Shown here: positions 60,361-64,000 of the stretch, piece by piece
Layout of the letters: every line of letters begins with the position of its first letter
How positions within the stretch are numbered: the first letter of the stretch is position 1
Origin: an uncultured Anaerolineae bacterium
GTDB taxonomy: Bacteria > Chloroflexota > Anaerolineae > Aggregatilineales > J027
Reading direction: 5' to 3'
DNA length: 64,000 nucleotides
Assembly: GCA_964639245.1 (NCBI GenBank)
Contig: CAZXCU010000001.1
Coordinates: forward strand, 936,771 to 1,000,770
Made by a program: the position numbers and the translations under genes
Notes under the pieces: generated by a model
Databases searched by the model: none
The model's input: the letters and a program-made list of their open reading frames with translations, nothing else
Told to the model about the DNA's origin: nothing

Positions 60361-61296
60361 TCACCTTCGGGTTCTGGTGTTACGCTCCCAGAATACGCCA
60401 TCCTTGTAACCTTGAATAGTTGCATCTTCCTCCGCCAGTGCCAAGCGCTTTTCGGCAAGGCACGCATAGGTTTCGTCAATTTCTACCCCTGTGTAGCGCC
60501 GCTTGAGTTTTTTGGCAACCACTGAAGTTGTGCCGGAGCCTAAAAAGGGGTCAAAAACGACATCGCCTTCGTTAGAACTGGCGAGCATCAAACGGGCGAT
60601 GAGCTTTTCCGGTTTCTGGGTGGGGTGGTCGGTGTTTTCGGGCATTGACCAGAACGGCACGGTTAAATCTGTCCATAAATTGGAGGGGTGCGTCAAGCGG
60701 GTACGCTCGGTGGGATTCCAGTCTTTGGGGGTGCCATCTTCCCATCGGTAGGGCGCACGTACCCGCCGCTTGAGCTTGACTGCATTCAGGTTAAAGGTAT
60801 AGCGGCGGCTGACGGTGCAAAACCAGATGTCTTCGGAACTATTTTTCCAGTTAGTTTTTGCACCGCGTCCTTTTTCCCGTTCCCAGGTGATGCGGTTCCG
60901 CACGATGAGGTGTTGCTGCAAAACCGAATAGAGCGCGGACGATGAACGCCAATCTCCACACACATACACGCTGGCATGGGGTTTGAGAATAGGAAGTAAG
61001 GGCAATAGCCAAGTTTCAACCCATGCAATATACTGGGAATCGGAAAGTTGTTCAAATTTGACATCGCCAAAGTCCTTGCTCATGTTATACGGCGGGTCAA
61101 TGAGGAGCAGGTCTACCCACGCGGTAGGCAAATAGGGCAGCACCGCATATAAATCTTGATGCAGTGTGCGATTGAACAGATGCTCTGCGGTGACAGGGCT
61201 GTTGAGCATGGTGAGGCGCTGACGGTAAAAATCCTGTTCTTCGGGCGATAATGAAGTTGTTTGGTTTCTAGGTGCGCGTTTTTTAGATTCTGACAT
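60361..61296 (-). CDS. Beta-class N6/N4 DNA methyltransferase (DPPY), orphan
   Basis: Motif IV LLLIDPPYNM precedes motif I VVFDPFLGSGTTSVVA. The start is uncertain: ATG 61296 follows GGTGAT, and ATG 61332 or TTG 61398 are also possible. Confidence 0.8.
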   Translation of the reverse strand: MSESKKRAPRNQTTSLSPEEQDFYRQRLTMLNSPVTAEHLFNRTLHQDLYAVLPYLPTAWVDLLLIDPPYNMSKDFGDVKFEQLSDSQYIAWVETWLLPLLPILKPHASVYVCGDWRSSSALYSVLQQHLIVRNRITWEREKGRGAKTNWKNSSEDIWFCTVSRRYTFNLNAVKLKRRVRAPYRWEDGTPKDWNPTERTRLTHPSNLWTDLTVPFWSMPENTDHPTQKPEKLIARLMLASSNEGDVVFDPFLGSGTTSVVAKKLKRRYTGVEIDETYACLAEKRLALAEEDATIQGYKDGVFWERNTRTRR

Positions 61297-61388
61297 ATCA
61301 CCTACGATAAAAGGCGAGTAATAATTATACATAGGGTTATTTAAACGACAGTAGTAGTAATTTTCATTATTTTGTAAGGATTTGGTTT

Positions 61389-61901
61389 GTGATTGCAACT
61401 GCGTTTCAACGACAAAACCGTCTTTTTACCCTTCTTGTGTTGGGATGGTTCCCTTTGCTGCTGGTCATGCTGGGTTTATTTGGGGTGGCGGCTTCGCAAA
61501 TCTGGGCAAATGAACGCGAACTGCGCGAACTGCGCCGCGAATTTGACCGCCACTACGCTCTGTGGGAGCAGCAGCAGATTCAGAATTACACCGTAACTTA
61601 TAGCAACACGGCTGCCACAACCTGCATTAAGGTGACAATGAAAGTGGAGAACAGCTTCATCAATTCTACCACGCCCACCTGTAGTAATACTTATTATGGG
61701 TATTATAGTCATGGGGCGGTGCGCTCCATGCAAGATTTATTCTTCTGGATAGACACCTACGCTTTTGATAGCAATTTTGAAACAGTCGAAATTGACTATC
61801 ATCCTCAATTGCACTATGTGACACGCTTGGTAATTGATGACCCTTACAGTGCGTCTACAGTAGAGATACGCTATGAGGATTTGAGACCCGATGAAGATTG
61901 A
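61389..61901 (+). CDS. Hypothetical membrane-anchored protein
   Basis: GTG start. One N-terminal TM helix (LFTLLVLGWFPLLLVMLGLFGVAA), then a roughly 120-aa soluble domain with two Cys. No family assigned. Confidence 0.5.
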   Translation: MIATAFQRQNRLFTLLVLGWFPLLLVMLGLFGVAASQIWANERELRELRREFDRHYALWEQQQIQNYTVTYSNTAATTCIKVTMKVENSFINSTTPTCSNTYYGYYSHGAVRSMQDLFFWIDTYAFDSNFETVEIDYHPQLHYVTRLVIDDPYSASTVEIRYEDLRPDED

Positions 61902-62481
61902 TTTTAGCCAGCTTGACGGACAATCCGTTAAAATGTCCGATTTGCAGGAACGCTATTCCCACCCAGACCTGATCTATGCCACTCATACCATGATTGATAC
62001 CATGCTGGACTTGATCAAAGATATTCCTGATTCTTATGTGACATTTCAGCCGGAAGACCCGGATGCTTATGATGCCGGAGCAGCGACTGAAGCAGAAAAA
62101 TATATGGCGTGGACGCTGGCGCATGTGATTGTTCATGCCACCGCTTCTGGCGAAGAATATGCCGCTAATGGCGCGACTCTTGCGCGTGGGGTTGAAGTCA
62201 ACGGGCGCAACCGCTACGAAGTGGCTTGGCAAACCGTGACCACCACCACCCAACTGATTCAACGCTTAGAAGAAAGCCGCCGGATGCGCTTGGCATTTTT
62301 GAATGCGTGGCCTGACGAACCGCATTTAACCAATTTCTGGCGCAAACGAGAAGACAAATGGGGCGCACTCAACGCGATTGGTTATACAATGGTCGGCCTC
62401 AAACACGATACTGACCATCTGGGACAAATTGCTGAAATTGTCCGCCAAGCCAAAGCTACCGAACCCGTGATGGCGATCTAA
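61891..62481 (+). CDS. DinB-family (DinB_2-like) metal-dependent protein
   Basis: His-triad context WTLAHVIVHATASGEE and LKHDTDHLGQIAEI in a four-helix-bundle-length protein. Overlaps the upstream gene by 11 nt. Confidence 0.65.
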   Translation: MKIDFSQLDGQSVKMSDLQERYSHPDLIYATHTMIDTMLDLIKDIPDSYVTFQPEDPDAYDAGAATEAEKYMAWTLAHVIVHATASGEEYAANGATLARGVEVNGRNRYEVAWQTVTTTTQLIQRLEESRRMRLAFLNAWPDEPHLTNFWRKREDKWGALNAIGYTMVGLKHDTDHLGQIAEIVRQAKATEPVMAI

Positions 62482-64000
62482 TCACCCAATATTCTTTTCA
62501 ATCAGATTAAGCGCATGGCGGGCCGCTTCCCGTTCTGGTTTGGATTGAAAGAGACTGTTACTCAATTCGCGGAGGGCTGGCGCAGCAGGTTCACCGATTT
62601 TAATGAGCGCTTGCTGGGCGGCCTCCCACACATGGAGATAATGCGGGGCATATTTTTCGCGCTGTTTGAGCATCTGTATCAGAGGATTGACGGCCTGTTC
62701 ATTCCCAATTTCACCGAGTGCATAGGCATAAATAAGCTGGCGGTCTGGCGGGGCGGTGTGCAGCAGTTCAATCAGGGTTGAAACGGCGGGAGCGGCTTTG
62801 GACTTCATGAGACCCAACGCAAAACACGCTGAGACATGCACATCCGGCGTGTTTTGTTTATATTTCAGCACATTAACCAGCGCTGGTACTGCGCCTGTGC
62901 CAATTCTGGCGAGGGCATGACAAATTTCTTTTTCCATTGTCGGGGCGGTTTCGCGTTCAATTAAAAAAATCAGCACCGGCACCGCCGAGTCGCCAATTTC
63001 TGCCAACGCCTGAATGATATTTTTGCGTTCTTGGTCACTGCTGTCCTGCTGATACCCCTCCATGAGTGCGTCAATGAGGGTTTTGTGGGCTGCGCCTGCT
63101 TTACTCAAGGCGATCAGAGCAGGGATACGGGCGGCATTGTCGTAGCGGATGGTTTCTAACAAGATTGGAATCGCCGGGGCAGCATCTGTGCCAAGTTCGC
63201 CTAAATGCTGGCAGGCAGTAGCGCGATGCTGCGGGTCGTAGGTGCGATTCAAAATATCGACAAGGATTTCCACGCGCAAGGAACGTTCGGTGTTCAAATG
63301 GACAAGGGTTTCATAGGCTGCCCAGTGAATCGGGGATTTTTTGAGGAGTTCCACCAACCGCGATTGGATGTTTTCTACATGGGTTTGGCTGCGACTCAAC
63401 GCAAAACAGGTCTGTTCGGTTGCCATGAAGTCGGTGAGTTGGTCAAAAATGGACAGGATTTCCTCTGTCGGGGTAGGGTGAATTTGTGCCAGTAATTTGG
63501 TGCAGGCACGCTGGACAAGTTCATTTTGCGGGTAAATTTCGATTCCCTTAATGAGCGTGGGAGTCAGATAAGACGGCGGGGCAAAGAATTCATCTAAGGC
63601 TTGTTGGGCGGTCTGACGGACTGCGCTTGCAGAGTCGGTGAGGGCGGTCAGGTGACGTTGTACTTTTAAAATAGTTCCTGCCTGGCTGGTCGGGGCAACT
63701 GTTTGAGGCCATCCGCAGTGGTCACAGATTTGATGATAGAGGGGAAATTCCTGTTCACACAACACACAACTTCGCAGCAAATCTGCCCCACACTGGCAAA
63801 ATTGCGTTCCCGCAGGCGAAACCCGTCCACAAGTAATACAAATTAAATCGCCGGGGCGGGGGGCATAAAGCTGCTGATTCATGACCATGACAGATTTTGT
63901 GCCGCACTGTTGGCAGGTGAATTCTGCGCCAAATTCATATTCTTTTTCAATCAGGTTGTTGGTATTGCCGCATTGGGGACATTGAAGCGGTAAAATGGTT
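62482..64000 (-). CDS. HEAT-repeat protein with N-terminal zinc ribbons, N-terminus beyond window
   Basis: The frame stays open upstream of the track start (63888) to the window edge: ...LQCPQCGNTNNLIEKEYEFGAEFTCQQCGTKSVMVMNQQ. Further CxxC pairs (CITCG...CQCG, CVLCE...CDHCG) are followed by HEAT-like repeats. Confidence 0.7.
   Translation of the reverse strand, partial: TILPLQCPQCGNTNNLIEKEYEFGAEFTCQQCGTKSVMVMNQQLYAPRPGDLICITCGRVSPAGTQFCQCGADLLRSCVLCEQEFPLYHQICDHCGWPQTVAPTSQAGTILKVQRHLTALTDSASAVRQTAQQALDEFFAPPSYLTPTLIKGIEIYPQNELVQRACTKLLAQIHPTPTEEILSIFDQLTDFMATEQTCFALSRSQTHVENIQSRLVELLKKSPIHWAAYETLVHLNTERSLRVEILVDILNRTYDPQHRATACQHLGELGTDAAPAIPILLETIRYDNAARIPALIALSKAGAAHKTLIDALMEGYQQDSSDQERKNIIQALAEIGDSAVPVLIFLIERETAPTMEKEICHALARIGTGAVPALVNVLKYKQNTPDVHVSACFALGLMKSKAAPAVSTLIELLHTAPPDRQLIYAYALGEIGNEQAVNPLIQMLKQREKYAPHYLHVWEAAQQALIKIGEPAAPALRELSNSLFQSKPEREAARHALNLIEKNIG

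Noticed and set aside
60357-60479. Apparent 119-nt overlap between the membrane-protein ORF and the methyltransferase. Similar 5' extensions appear in the ORF track at 2441-2578, 15782-15841, 15794-15919, 42104-42154, 44494-44553 and 52190-52270.
   Set aside because: Internal ATGs with good SD sequences and signal or TM starts give compact, non-overlapping genes. The extensions read through repeats or intergenic hairpins and encode no recognisable sequence.
1-64000. Search for tRNA, rRNA, tmRNA, CRISPR arrays, integrases, transposases and prophage genes.
   Set aside because: No T-loop-like GGTTCGAATCC motifs, rRNA-like segments, short regularly spaced direct repeats or recombinase motifs were found by eye. 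A tRNAscan or cmscan run would be needed to be definitive.

Overview
Gene-dense chromosomal window with about 52 protein-coding genes on both strands. I found no rRNA, tRNA or CRISPR array by eye.

Most content is housekeeping or envelope-related:
- a polyamine-type ABC transporter with a fused permease
- a FemAB-family transferase
- two tandem BMP-family binding proteins
- NDH-2, TspO and glucokinase
- a GT4 plus polysaccharide-deacetylase pair
- a Lon-like protease, PPK2 and a DtxR-family regulator
- a 1342-aa PAS/GAF histidine kinase
- PEP carboxylase, a PQQ-type sugar dehydrogenase, a phosphohexomutase and an MFS exporter
- many secreted or membrane-anchored beta-propeller (PD40/WD40-like) proteins
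- a 1462-aa clostripain-family protease

The style is what I associate with Chloroflexota-like bacteria: Uma2 endonuclease paralogs, Pro/Thr/Glu-rich linkers, GC-rich hairpin repeats and frequent GTG/TTG starts. Taxonomy cannot be confirmed without a database search.

The most system-like region is 40.5-46.7 kb. Two inverted Uma2 endonuclease paralogs bracket a segment containing a visibly AT-rich nuclease-like/methyltransferase fusion gene. That gene sits between a MerR-family regulator and an SDR gene, and both carry the same MerR-type operator in a 19-bp-spacer promoter.

Other points worth a second look:
- a Met-rich (about 20 percent Met) secreted acidic protein next to a lipoprotein cytochrome c
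- a Lon-like protease whose Walker A and B motifs look degenerate
- a leader hairpin that sequesters the SD and AUG of the second BMP paralog
- a 144-bp MITE-like element with 14-bp TIRs and a 5-bp direct repeat
- a roughly 140-170-bp structured repeat found at the 3' ends of two genes, supplying the stop codon of one of them
- a second orphan methyltransferase tightly coupled to a membrane glycosyltransferase-like gene

All family assignments come from motif recognition by eye. No searches or computations were run.
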